Position numbers and translations under genes: made by a program. Source: Octopus bimaculoides (Eukaryota). Taken from it: a stretch of DNA of 64,000 bases. The notes below the pieces were generated by a model. It ran no database searches, was not told where the DNA came from, and saw only the letters and a program-made list of their open reading frames with translations. The DNA lies in assembly GCF_001194135.2 (NCBI RefSeq), contig NC_068992.1, positions 22,320,099 to 22,384,098 of the forward strand, written 5' to 3'. This document shows positions 53,570 to 64,000 of the stretch, piece after piece (the first letter of the stretch is position 1; every line of letters starts with the position of its first letter).

Positions 53570-53757
53570 ACGTCATTAAATAATTTCGTTTTTGGATTTG
53601 GTTTGCAAGATTCTTTATGTGAGTTCGTGTGTTGAAGCATATTCTGTTGTGTCTGGGGAGAGTCATTCTCTTTTAGTGCCTTATAATTTAACACACACCG
53701 GTGAATGTGTTAAATTATAAGGCACTAAAAAAGAATGACTCTCCGCAGACACAACAG
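53570..53757 (-). mobile_element. probable Penelope-like fragment with terminal inverted duplication (114 bp palindrome 53644-53757)
   Basis: The palindrome is read directly. Minus-strand frame YKALKENDSPQTQQNMLQHTNSHKESCKPNPKTKLFN loosely resembles the PLE segment before WFNPP; family assignment is inference. Confidence 0.45.
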
Positions 53758-53901
53758 TTATTAAGTAAGTAAAATTGAAAATGTTCATGGTTGTTTTTTT
53801 AAAGGTTTCTGCTACAACTGTATAAAAGGTGAGACGGTATTTCTGCCGTGAAAGCTTCAGTCAATGTAAAACCTGTTTGGTGTTGTCTCGGGCAGGATTT
53901 A

Positions 53902-54335
53902 TTTTTTATCTTCTACTTGTTTCAGTCATTAGACTGCGGCCATTCTGGGGCACCACCCTGAAGAATTTTTAGTCAACTGGATCGACTCCAGTACTTACTT
54001 TAATCCTGGCACTTTTTCTTTCGGTCTCTTCTGCGGAACCGCTAAGTTACAGAGACGTAAGCAAACTAACACTGGTTATCAAGCGGTGCGAGGGGACCAA
54101 TCACAGACACAGAGATATTCGCACACGCGTACACACAAACACACACACTACCGCGCAGTTGCACACACCAACACACACAGTCACACACACAGTCACACAC
54201 ACAGTCACACACACGACGGGCTTCCTTGTGTTTCCATCTATCAAACCCAATCACAAGACATTGTTGAGCCCGAGACTATAGTAGAAGGTGCCAGGAAGTG
54301 GGTTGGAGAGCAAGTTTTTTTTACCACACATATAC
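53902..54335 (-). mobile_element. SINE group A, near full length, internal CA-rich repeat
   Basis: 'cttgtttcagtcattagactgcggcc...gaaccgctaagttac...acgacgggcttc...cccgagactatagtagaag'. Confidence 0.85.
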
Positions 54336-54509
54336 TTTATTCTGTAATTAGAATACACTTGTATTAGACGAAAATCCCCATGTTACTTATTAAATGGCAA
54401 AAACCTCTTTACTTTAATTGATTTGATTTATCGGATTATTTTTGCATATCAGTGTAGACCATATGATCTCTAAATTTCGTTACTGTCTTAAGCAACGTTA
54501 GCTCTAATC

Positions 54510-54705
54510 TAGGCGGCGACCTGGCAGAAGAGTTAGCATAGCGGGCAAAATGTTTAGCGGCATTTCATCTGTGTTTACGTTCTTAGTTTAACTTCTACTG
54601 AGTCCGATTTTGTCTTTCATTCTTTCGGACTCTATAAAACAAGAGGAAATGCAATCGACTTACCCATTCCCCTTAAATTGTTGGCCTTGTACCCAAAATG
54701 AACTC
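54510..54705 (+). mobile_element. SINE group M
   Basis: 'aggcggcgacctggcagaagagttagc...atcgacttaccc...ttggccttgtacc'. Confidence 0.8.
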
Positions 54706-55146
54706 TAATCGGATATACCTATGACCAAAAGTGTTCCAACAGCAACCATCACGTCAGATTTTACATCGGTAAAGATGTTTTGAGACGGCAGAATATGAGT
54801 TGCGAGATATTTGAAACCAGCTAGGCTACTATCTCGTGATATCTATATTTAATGTTAATAAACCAATATGAAACATCATGCCATATCCTGTGAGGTAGTG
54901 AAAGGTTCCGTTAATCTAGATGAATGCATGTTAAACCATCATCGCCACATTTCTATACAGTAAAATTTTTGTAAGGATCTACGCTAAATTTTATGATCGC
55001 GTCAGATATACCTAATAAGCCCGAAGAGTGTGTTGGGGTAGTTAAAATTACAACCACACGCTCACAGCGTGTGTTCATAATCATTTTTCACCTTAAAATG
55101 CTATTTGTTGCAAAACTACGCATGTAAAAGAAAATGTTTAGCGCAA

Positions 55147-55178
<32 letters not shown>

Positions 55179-55680
55179 NNNNNNNNNNNNNNNNNNNNNN
55201 NNNNNNNNNNNNNNNNNNNNNNNNNNNNNNNNNNNNNNNNNNNNNNNNNNNNNNNNNNNNNNNNNNNNNNNNNNNNNNNNNNNNNNNNNNNNNNNNNNNN
55301 NNNNNNNNNNNNNNNNNNNNNNNNNNNNNNNNNNNNNNNNNNNNNNNNNNNNNNNNNNNNNNNNNNNNNNNNNNNNNNNNNNNNNNNNNNNNNNNNNNNN
55401 NNNNNNNNNNNNNNNNNNNNNNNNNNNNNNNNNNNNNNNNNNNNNNNNNNNNNNNNNNNNNNNNNNNNNNNNNNNNNNNNNNNNNNNNNNNNNNNNNNNN
55501 NNNNNNNNNNNNNNNNNNNNNNNNNNNNNNNNNNNNNNNNNNNNNNNNNNNNNNNNNNNNNNNNNNNNNNNNNNNNNNNNNNNNNNNNNNNNNNNNNNNN
55601 NNNNNNNNNNNNNNNNNNNNNNNNNNNNNNNNNNNNNNNNNNNNNNNNNNNNNNNNNNNNNNNNNNNNNNNNNNNNNNNN

Positions 55681-55716
<36 letters not shown>

Positions 55717-55748
55717 GTATATGTGTGTGTGTATGTGTGTATGTATTT

Positions 55749-55945
55749 GTGTCTGTGTTTGTCCCCCCCCCCACCATCGCTTGACAACCGATGTTGATGT
55801 TTTTACGTCCCAGGAACTTAGCGGTTCGGTTAAATAAGTACCGATAGAATAAGTACTAGGCTGAGAAAAAATAAGTCGATTTAATCAACTAAAGGCAATG
55901 CTCCAGCACGGCCGTAATCAAATGACCGAAAAAAGTAAAAAAAAA
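55749..55945 (+). mobile_element. SINE group A, 3' half (5' part probably in the gap)
   Basis: 'ccaccatcgcttgacaaccgatgttg...acttagcggttcgg...gatagaataagtactaggct...caaatgaccgaaa'. Confidence 0.85.
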
Positions 55946-55947
55946 AG

Positions 55948-55986
<39 letters not shown>

Positions 55987-56446
55987 ATAAACATGAAATA
56001 CCAGTACGAGTAAATTTACCCTTTGGGCTTAGAAACCTCCATGGGAAAGGAGAAGTATATCAAGGGGAATTATTCTCTGTCGTATAATCTTTAAAGTAAG
56101 TTTAAAATATTTTTAAAATGACGCGTCCCCAAGCTATGTAATATTTTAAACTCCAAGGCCTAAACTCTTTCCAGCGGAACGTTGTACTAGTATTCTGTGA
56201 ATGTATTTTGCACTGAATGAGTTCGTATAACTTAATGATAGAGAAAACGTTGAGAAACGCAAGACTAAGATGTTAGTTGTATTTTCTCACAACGCCGAAC
56301 AAAATAATAGTTATTTTGGAGACAACCTTTGATTGTCGACCTTCACAGAAGAAGATCTGCATGTACCACTGATAATCCTTCTCAATGTTATCATGTGGGA
56401 TATCATGATGAAGATGGTCATGATGATGGACGTTTTCCCTGTAGAT

Positions 56447-56898
56447 CAGTAGTTTTCAACTATTTTTTATCTACAGACCCCTTTGATTATTATTTTATTC
56501 TTGTGACCCCCCCGCCCCATAACTATTCGATGTTCAAAAACTAGTTTTATAGAAACTTCTTTGAAAATTCCTATTTTGTTATTCACACATTAATTTTTGT
56601 AGGTTGAACTATGTAAAATGTTAGAGAAAGAAACCTGGCTGTTTCTTGCAATACACACCAATATCAGTGATATATGCAGATCATCTTCAGCGAAGGTCGG
56701 CCATTAAATGTTGTCTCCAAATATAATTATTATTTCGTTCGGGGTTTTGACAAAACACAACTATTATCTAATGAAAAATTTGTTTCAGGGTCCCTTAAAA
56801 TACTATTGTGGAGCCCCAATATACTATCTTGTTGTGTTGATACCAAAAACCTTATATGGACCCTCAGGGGTCATGTGGAACCCGCTTGAGGACCATTG
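56447..56898. mobile_element. hAT/Charlie-type MITE (about 450 bp)
   Basis: Ends 'cagtagttttcaac' and 'gcttgaggaccattg' resemble CAGTGGTTCTCAAC / GTTGAGAACCACTG TIRs; subterminal gacccc / ggggtc motifs. An 8 bp TSD is not preserved. Confidence 0.65.
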
Positions 56899-57784
56899 AA
56901 TGTGCGTACGCATGCATGTGTATTTCGGAGCGTGTTCATAGGTATATGCACGTATGTATGTGTGTATACGTGTATTCGTGAGTATACATGATCATAATCA
57001 TCATCATCGTCGTCTCCGTCAGTGTCCTCCTCCTCCTCCTCCTCCTCCTCCTCCTCCTNNNNNNNNNNNNNNNNNNNNNNNNNNNNNNNNNNNNNNNNNN
57101 NNNNNNNNNNNNNNNNNNNNNNNNNNNNNNNNNNNNNNNNNNTCATCGTCGTCTCCGTCAGTGTCCTCCTCCTCCTCCTCCTCCTCCTCCTCCTTATCAT
57201 CATCATCATCATCGTCGTTGTCGTCGTCGTCGTCATCTGCTGCATCAATAGATTGAGAATTCAATAAACGATGTTTAGAACGAAGCTAGTAAACAAGATG
57301 ATTGATAAGAGAACAGAGAAGAACGAAGTTAAGAAACAGAATGAATACGACTGTCGGGTTTTATGGCAAAAAAGGAGGAGGAGTAGGAAGAGGACGGGAA
57401 TAACGAAAGAAAGAAAGAAAGAAAGAATGAGCTTGTATAGAAAGAAAGTGGAATGTGATAGAAGGAAAGAGAAAGGAAGATGAAAAGCCGAAACTGATGA
57501 TGGATAGGATAACCGAAAGCGAATGAGAATGAGGAAATGTCTGAGACGAAGGAAAAAAATGTCAATGAGTGTATCTCTATCATTTCACTCTTTTATTAAA
57601 ATATGGGACACGTTATTCATTGTGTCCCATATTTCAAAACATTATTAGTGTTTTTGATTTAAAAGAAATTAAGCTCCTATTTCTATCAAGCAAGTTGAGC
57701 GACCGTAGAGCGGCTTCCATAATGGCTCAATGACTACTATGAGAATAGCAGCAGAAGTAGCAGTAGTAGTAGTAATATTAGTCT

Positions 57785-57975
57785 TTCAGGTGAACCCCTG
57801 ATATAGCAGGCCTGTAGTCAAATCATACCAGTCTTGACCAATCACATCCGTCCTGCTGTTCCCGGGAACGCTGAGACCACATGACCAAAAGTCTTCGTCT
57901 CTAAGATGGTGGGGACTGTATAATTCAAAGTTGATTTGGCTGTCATTTTTAACAGGCCAGCAACGACCACTCTTT
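57785..57975 (+). repeat. unclassified dispersed repeat (group D; also about 54705-54830 +, 61370-61470 +, 59505-59640 -, 10555-10700 -)
   Basis: Shared motif cc(t/c)(a/g)t...caaa...(t/a)cca...acca(t/a)c at about 54718, 57806 and 61417; downstream 'gatttggctgtc' complements 'gacagctaaaactccc' at 59518. Confidence 0.5.
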
Positions 57976-58360
57976 AGTACATAGTGACGGCTGTGGTAGA
58001 GATGCCAAGGCGAAAGGTAGTAATTACAGTATAAGCGGTAGTGGCAGAGGCGGCGGTGCTGATGGTAGTGGTGTTGATAGCGTTGGTGGTGCTGGTTGTT
58101 GCGGGTGTTTGTTACAAGTCGTGGTGAAAATATATTTCGCTCAAAGGCAGAACTCAGAAACCATTCATTCTTAATATAATTCATGTTAAACTACTTTGTA
58201 TGTAATGAATACTGCAGGGTTTTCATGACATGACTACTGGGAATTTGCCCATCTTCACTACGTTTCAACATTATGTAGATATCTCGCTGATATATTAGCA
58301 GATAATAATACGTACATATACGTATATGCATACATATACACACTTACATAGGTACACACA

Positions 58361-58415
<55 letters not shown>

Positions 58416-58646
58416 ACGCGCTCGAAGACGTACATGCCTGTGTGCGCATGCACAAATGCGTACCTACGTACATAGATAAATACACACATATATACACAGG
58501 CACATAAATGCATATTTATTCATATTTATGCATATTTATACATACATATGTACATACGGACGTATATGTGTCGGTATAAGTGTTTGTGTCTCACACGTCT
58601 CTGTGTACGTACATACATGCATGCACACACACATATATATTTATAC

Positions 58647-58703
<57 letters not shown>

Positions 58704-59637
58704 CACAAGTATGTATGTATATACATATGTATATGCAAGTACATACATATATTTATATATATGCATACACACATATGCATACACACGCATACATGCACAC
58801 AAACACCCTCACACACACACATGCATACAGACTCATATGAAGAAATTTACTTCACAAAAATATCTGAAAAGTATGGAACTGCCATAAGTGGTTTTCTAGT
58901 AATAAAGCCAAGGACGTTTGAAAATGTGTATTGATAGTGGCGGAGGTGGTGTTGGTGATGGAGATAGCGATGGTATTGGATTGAGCGATAGAGAGAAGGG
59001 TGAAGAGAGAGAGAGAAATAAATAAAAATAGACAAATAAATAAATGATATAATAAACAAAAGTGAAACAGAACCACTCCAATCTGTAGATGAAGAGCATT
59101 TTCATATATTTATTATTGAATTTACGTACTTTATATTTTGTAATAAATCACTTCAAACAAAACAGATGAAATCGTTCTGGCAAATCATAGACAACTTCAG
59201 GGGTAAAATGACACACTGTAAATAGAATATAAGTGTAGATATATAAAACTGCATATTAAATGTGTAAGAAATAACCAATATTAGAAAGAATAGACACCTT
59301 GTTTCATATCACTTCCTTCCAAAGACTGAAAGACTACTCGAAACGGCCAATTTTCTTCCTCTTCGTCAGGACTTCTTTGTTGTACTTCAATACTCATGCG
59401 CTTCAATAATCATTTCCTGCAATCCCTGTTACTTCGAACGTCGAGGTTGCGACGGAACAGAGCAAAGAGCTAACATGGTGAAGCAATCTATGCGTTTCGG
59501 TAAACCAGGGAGAAACGACAGCTAAAACTCCCCCAAATCACGTTCTACTGTTTTGAAAGAAACCTGAAGAATATTTTGAGTAATATAGTCTCTGTTACAC
59601 AGGAAATAAAAGATTGAACTGTCATGGCTGGCAAGAT

Positions 59638-59790
59638 TGTGTGCTTAAGTCGCTCACTTTGCAACCATGTGCTATGATGTTAAGCACTTCAATGCAACAC
59701 CTTGGTTGAACTTGTTCTAATATAGCTCCGGATCGACCAAAGCTTTGTGAGTAAATTTAGTTGATGGAAACTATGTGGAAGCCGATCGAT
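59638..59790 (+). mobile_element. SINE group A, 5' half running into (TC)n
   Basis: 'caccttgg...tatagctccggatcgaccaaagctttgtgagtaaatttagttgatggaaact'. Confidence 0.7.
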
Positions 59791-59856
59791 TATCTCTCTC
59801 TCTCTCACTCTCTCTCTCCCTCTCTCTCTCCCTCTCTCTCTCCCTCTCTCTCTCAA

Positions 59857-59889
<33 letters not shown>

Positions 59890-60571
59890 NNNNNNNNNNN
59901 NNNNNNNNNNNNNNNNNNNNNNNNNNNNNNNNNNNNNNNNNNNNNNNNNNNNNNNNNNNNNNNNNNNNNNNNNNNNNNNNNNNNNNNNNNNNNNNNNNNN
60001 NNNNNNNNNNNNNNNNNNNNNNNNNNNNNNNNNNNNNNNNNNNNNNNNNNNNNNNNNNNNNNNNNNNNNNNNNNNNNNNNNNNNNNNNNNNNNNNNNNNN
60101 NNNNNNNNNNNNNNNNNNNNNNNNNNNNNNNNNNNNNNNNNNNNNNNNNNNNNNNNNNNNNNNNNNNNNNNNNNNNNNNNNNNNNNNNNNNNNNNNNNNN
60201 NNNNNNNNNNNNNNNNNNNNNNNNNNNNNNNNNNNNNNNNNNNNNNNNNNNNNNNNNNNNNNNNNNNNNNNNNNNNNNNNNNNNNNNNNNNNNNNNNNNN
60301 NNNNNNNNNNNNNNNNNNNNNNNNNNNNNNNNNNNNNNNNNNNNNNNNNNNNNNNNNNNNNNNNNNNNNNNNNNNNNNNNNNNNNNNNNNNNNNNNNNNN
60401 NNNNNNNNNNNNNNNNNNNNNNNNNNNNNNNNNNNNNNNNNNNNNNNNNNNNNNNNNNNNNNNNNNNNNNNNNNNNNNNNNNNNNNNNNNNNNNNNNNNN
60501 NNNNNNNNNNNNNNNNNNNNNNNNNNNNNNNNNNNNNNNNNNNNNNNNNNNNNNNNNNNNNNNNNNNNNNN

Positions 60572-60626
<55 letters not shown>

Positions 60627-60711
60627 ATATTATATTTATGTGTATGTGTGTGCCTCTGTGTTTATGTTTGTTACCCTTCTCCATTCTGATCCTTCCCGAG
60701 TCTTGTAGATT

Positions 60712-60895
60712 CAAGGGGCCGTTTCCAGATCTCCGTGGTGTGTATATTCCCTACATGGACGGAACACTGTTCAGTCGCAGGATTACTCATTTTTGACAGT
60801 TGAGTGGACTGGAGCAACGTGAAATGAAATGTTTTGCTCCAAAACACAACACACCACTCGGTCCAGAAAACGAAACCACGATCACCCGACCATGA
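60712..60895 (-). mobile_element. SINE group B head with a third type of tail
   Basis: 'gagtggactggagcaacgtgaaatgaaatgttttgctccaaaacacaacac' is shared with 22735-22790, but continues into 'tggacggaacactgttcagtcgcagg'. Confidence 0.7.
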
Positions 60896-61499
60896 TTTCA
60901 AAATACACACACGTATACACATACATACACACACACACACACACGTACACACACACCTATCTCAATGCTACTGCTATCTAGCACCTTCGGATGATCTCTA
61001 CTCAACCGCTACACAACTGCTACTCGACTGCTACTCAACACACCTACCACAGCCAGACTACCTCTATTTATATGTCTTGGGAGATCCTACTTCTTCGCCT
61101 GGGGGCCTCGACACAACATACACACACATGTATTATGTACATATACAATATATATGTGTCTCTGTCCCTCTTTCTATATTCTGCTTTCACTCACACGTCT
61201 ATCTTCGCATCTCCAATCTTCTGTAGTCGTTTCTTCTTATATTTAAATCTTCATCACTCAATGTGTCATACACCTCTTTAAAGCTTGCAGGATTGCTTGT
61301 AAGTTAAGGGAAATTACGTTGCTATTTCTTGCAGGTTAAATGAGGAAGAAGTGGCCCCCCAATAAGGGATCATGGTTGTTATTGTTGAGTCGTTGGTCAA
61401 CCCTGATTGAATTGACCCATGACAAACTGCATTCCAGCTAAGACCATCAACCTTTTTTCTTATTGCAAACGGGATCATATTAACTATCTATTTATCTCT

Positions 61500-62000
61500 C
61501 TATCTGTATTATCTATCACTATCCATCCATCCATCCATCAATCCATCCATCCATCCATCCATCCATCCATCCATCCATCTATCTATCTATCTATCCATCC
61601 ATCCATGTATGTATGTATGTATGTATTTATCTATCTATCCATCCATGTATGTATGTATGTATGTATGTATTTATCTATCTATCAATCACTATCCATCCAT
61701 CCACTAATCCACCTACCCACCTACCTACCTACCTACCTACCTACCTACCTACCGACCGACCTACCTACCTACCGACCGACCGACCTACCTACCTAACTAC
61801 CTACCTATCTACCTACCTACCTAACTACCTACCTATCTACCTACCTACCTACCTACATACCTACATACCGACCGACCTACCTACCTACCTACCTACCTAC
61901 CTACCTACCTACCCATCCATCCATTCATCCATCCATCTATCTATCTATCTATCTGTCTATACATCTATTTATCTATCTATCTACCTATCTATCTATCTAT
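61500..62000. repeat. compound tetranucleotide array (ATCC, ATCT, ATGT, ACCT, ACCG)
   Basis: Read directly from the sequence. Confidence 0.95.
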
Positions 62001-62308
62001 AATTCCAGAAGTATATTTCATTCAAGTATGTACTTTTACATCAAGGATTTCCATTTGATCTTATCAGTTCCACGTATTTAGTTTGGAACAATATTGCTTC
62101 TTAATCCATTATTCCATTAGTGTTTGAATATCATGAAGTGACGATAATAATAATAATAAACGCGTTGATCGTCCACATTGCCGTAGGTCACAAAGTAACA
62201 GAGGAGCGCTGTTACAGCTGACGAAATCTTGATGTCCGTCTGTCTGTCTGTCTGTATGCATGTCTGTCTGTATGTATGTATGTATGTATGCATGCATGCA
62301 TGTATATG

Positions 62309-62350
<42 letters not shown>

Positions 62351-62747
62351 NNNNNNNNNNNNNNNNNNNNNNNNNNNNNNNNNNNNNNNNNNNNNNNNNN
62401 NNNNNNNNNNNNNNNNNNNNNNNNNNNNNNNNNNNNNNNNNNNNNNNNNNNNNNNNNNNNNNNNNNNNNNNNNNNNNNNNNNNNNNNNNNNNNNNNNNNN
62501 NNNNNNNNNNNNNNNNNNNNNNNNNNNNNNNNNNNNNNNNNNNNNNNNNNNNNNNNNNNNNNNNNNNNNNNNNNNNNNNNNNNNNNNNNNNNNNNNNNNN
62601 NNNNNNNNNNNNNNNNNNNNNNNNNNNNNNNNNNNNNNNNNNNNNNNNNNNNNNNNNNNNNNNNNNNNNNNNNNNNNNNNNNNNNNNNNNNNNNNNNNNN
62701 NNNNNNNNNNNNNNNNNNNNNNNNNNNNNNNNNNNNNNNNNNNNNNN

Positions 62748-62791
<44 letters not shown>

Positions 62792-62852
62792 ATATGCATA
62801 TATATGAATTTGTATGACAAGCTGCCTGATGTGAAGTCGTGTGTTGAAACAG

Positions 62853-63187
62853 ATATTGTTGTATTTCGGGACGGTCATTTTTTGTTTTGCCAAATAAACA
62901 CACGCACTATATAATCGTTCTTCACTCGTTTATTACTATATTTATTCTAACGCATTTAATGTTGTCCGGAAATCGTTCGTCACACATACGTGACCTCTTT
63001 AGAGACACTTTCCGTCTTCGCGTGTACTCTCAAAGAACAGAATGGAATAAGGAGAGCAAGAGCACACACGATTTCCAGACAATGGACATGCGTTGGAATA
63101 AGTACAGTAATAAACGAGTGAAGAACAAATATATAGTCCATGTATTTATTTGCCCCCCCCCCCCAAAAAAAAAGACCGTCCCGAAAT

Positions 63188-63197
<10 letters not shown>
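62853..63197. mobile_element. fold-back element with ~125 bp inverted arms embedded in CA/TA microsatellites
   Basis: 'attgttgtatttcgggacggtc...caaataaacacacgcactatata..gttcttcactcgtttattact...ttgtccggaaatcgt' (62853-62976) is the reverse complement of 63068-63197. Confidence 0.75.
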
Positions 63198-63238
<41 letters not shown>

Positions 63239-64000
63239 TTTGTGTGTATATACGTTTGTGAATGTGTTTATATCCCACTTTTGGCAACCAGTGTTTTTTT
63301 GTTTACCTCTCGTAGCATAATCGCTCGGTAAAAGAAGGACACATAATAAGCTTATGTATATCACTATTTATTCAGATAATAGTGTCACAAATATCCAGTG
63401 GGCTTATTTAAAGATGATTAATTAGTCTATATATCTATATATCACTAAGTAGTCCGTAGCAGGGCGAAATTATATAATTCTGGCCGTTTTGGTGGCCATA
63501 ACAGACGATTCTCATCGATCAACGATATAATTACGAGCGCTTTTATGCGCCACGAGTCCATATGAGAGATCCTCTCAAAAAGTAAGTAACACAACATCCA
63601 CGTTCGTTTAGAGTTCAAGAATCGTCGTTTGGTATTAAGACTGCTTCTCACGCCATTAATTATTTTTGAGTAAGCCCACTAGCTATTCGCGACTCTGGTG
63701 ACTGAATAGCAACCGGCATTCTATACATCACTGTCGGGAATTATGGCTGTTATGTCGTGGCTGGACATCCGTCACTGACGAGCCCAAGGCAGGGCGAAAT
63801 AACGTAATCTGGTAGTTCTGAAAGCTTCTCGTTTGTCAACGACAAAATTACGGGCGCTTTTATGCAACACGTGAGAGATAAGCATTATGAGAGATACTCT
63901 CAAGTTAAATAACGCATTATGCTGTGTTCTAGCACGACCTCCAGACTATAGTTGGTGATCAAGGTTGCCTACGTGTCTATGTGTGTATATATATATATAT

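Noticed and set aside
56988-57195. Identical 'atcatcgtcgtctccgtcagtgtcctcctcc' on both sides of a gap
   Set aside because: Most likely an unmerged contig overlap or a collapsed tandem unit, so an assembly artefact.
57786-58184. 132 aa minus-strand ORF
   Set aside because: It overlaps a dispersed repeat (group D) and a low-complexity GGT/GGC tract.
60960-61115. LTR-like fragment (minus-strand TATAAATA followed by gtagcag repeats)
   Set aside because: No second LTR, primer-binding site, polypurine tract or TSD is visible.

Overview
AT-rich eukaryotic genomic DNA from a fragmented short-read assembly: 23 N-gaps totalling roughly 7.4 kb, most flanked by (TA)n/(CA)n/(AG)n. The repeat landscape (extreme microsatellite density plus several tRNA-headed SINE families) looks like a coleoid cephalopod, probably Octopus; this is an inference. 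Nearly all ORFs in the supplied track are microsatellite, gap or repeat read-throughs. The window holds (i) more than 35 SINE copies or fragments in four related groups that share and swap modules; (ii) decayed relics of RTE, R4/Dong and Penelope-like retroelements, a mariner transposase relic, and mariner- and hAT/Charlie-type MITEs; (iii) several long fold-back elements (31.8-32.2 kb, 53.6-53.8 kb, 62.9-63.2 kb); (iv) a ~190 bp unit bounded by a 13 bp direct repeat that carries a degenerate hammerhead-ribozyme-like core (49.2-49.4 kb); (v) phase-compatible candidate exons on the minus strand that may form one unidentified multi-exon gene. No intact protein-coding gene, rRNA, bona fide tRNA or CRISPR array could be confirmed. 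Dispersed-repeat boundaries were read by eye and are approximate (about +/-10 bp). Group labels A, B, D and M are my own working names.
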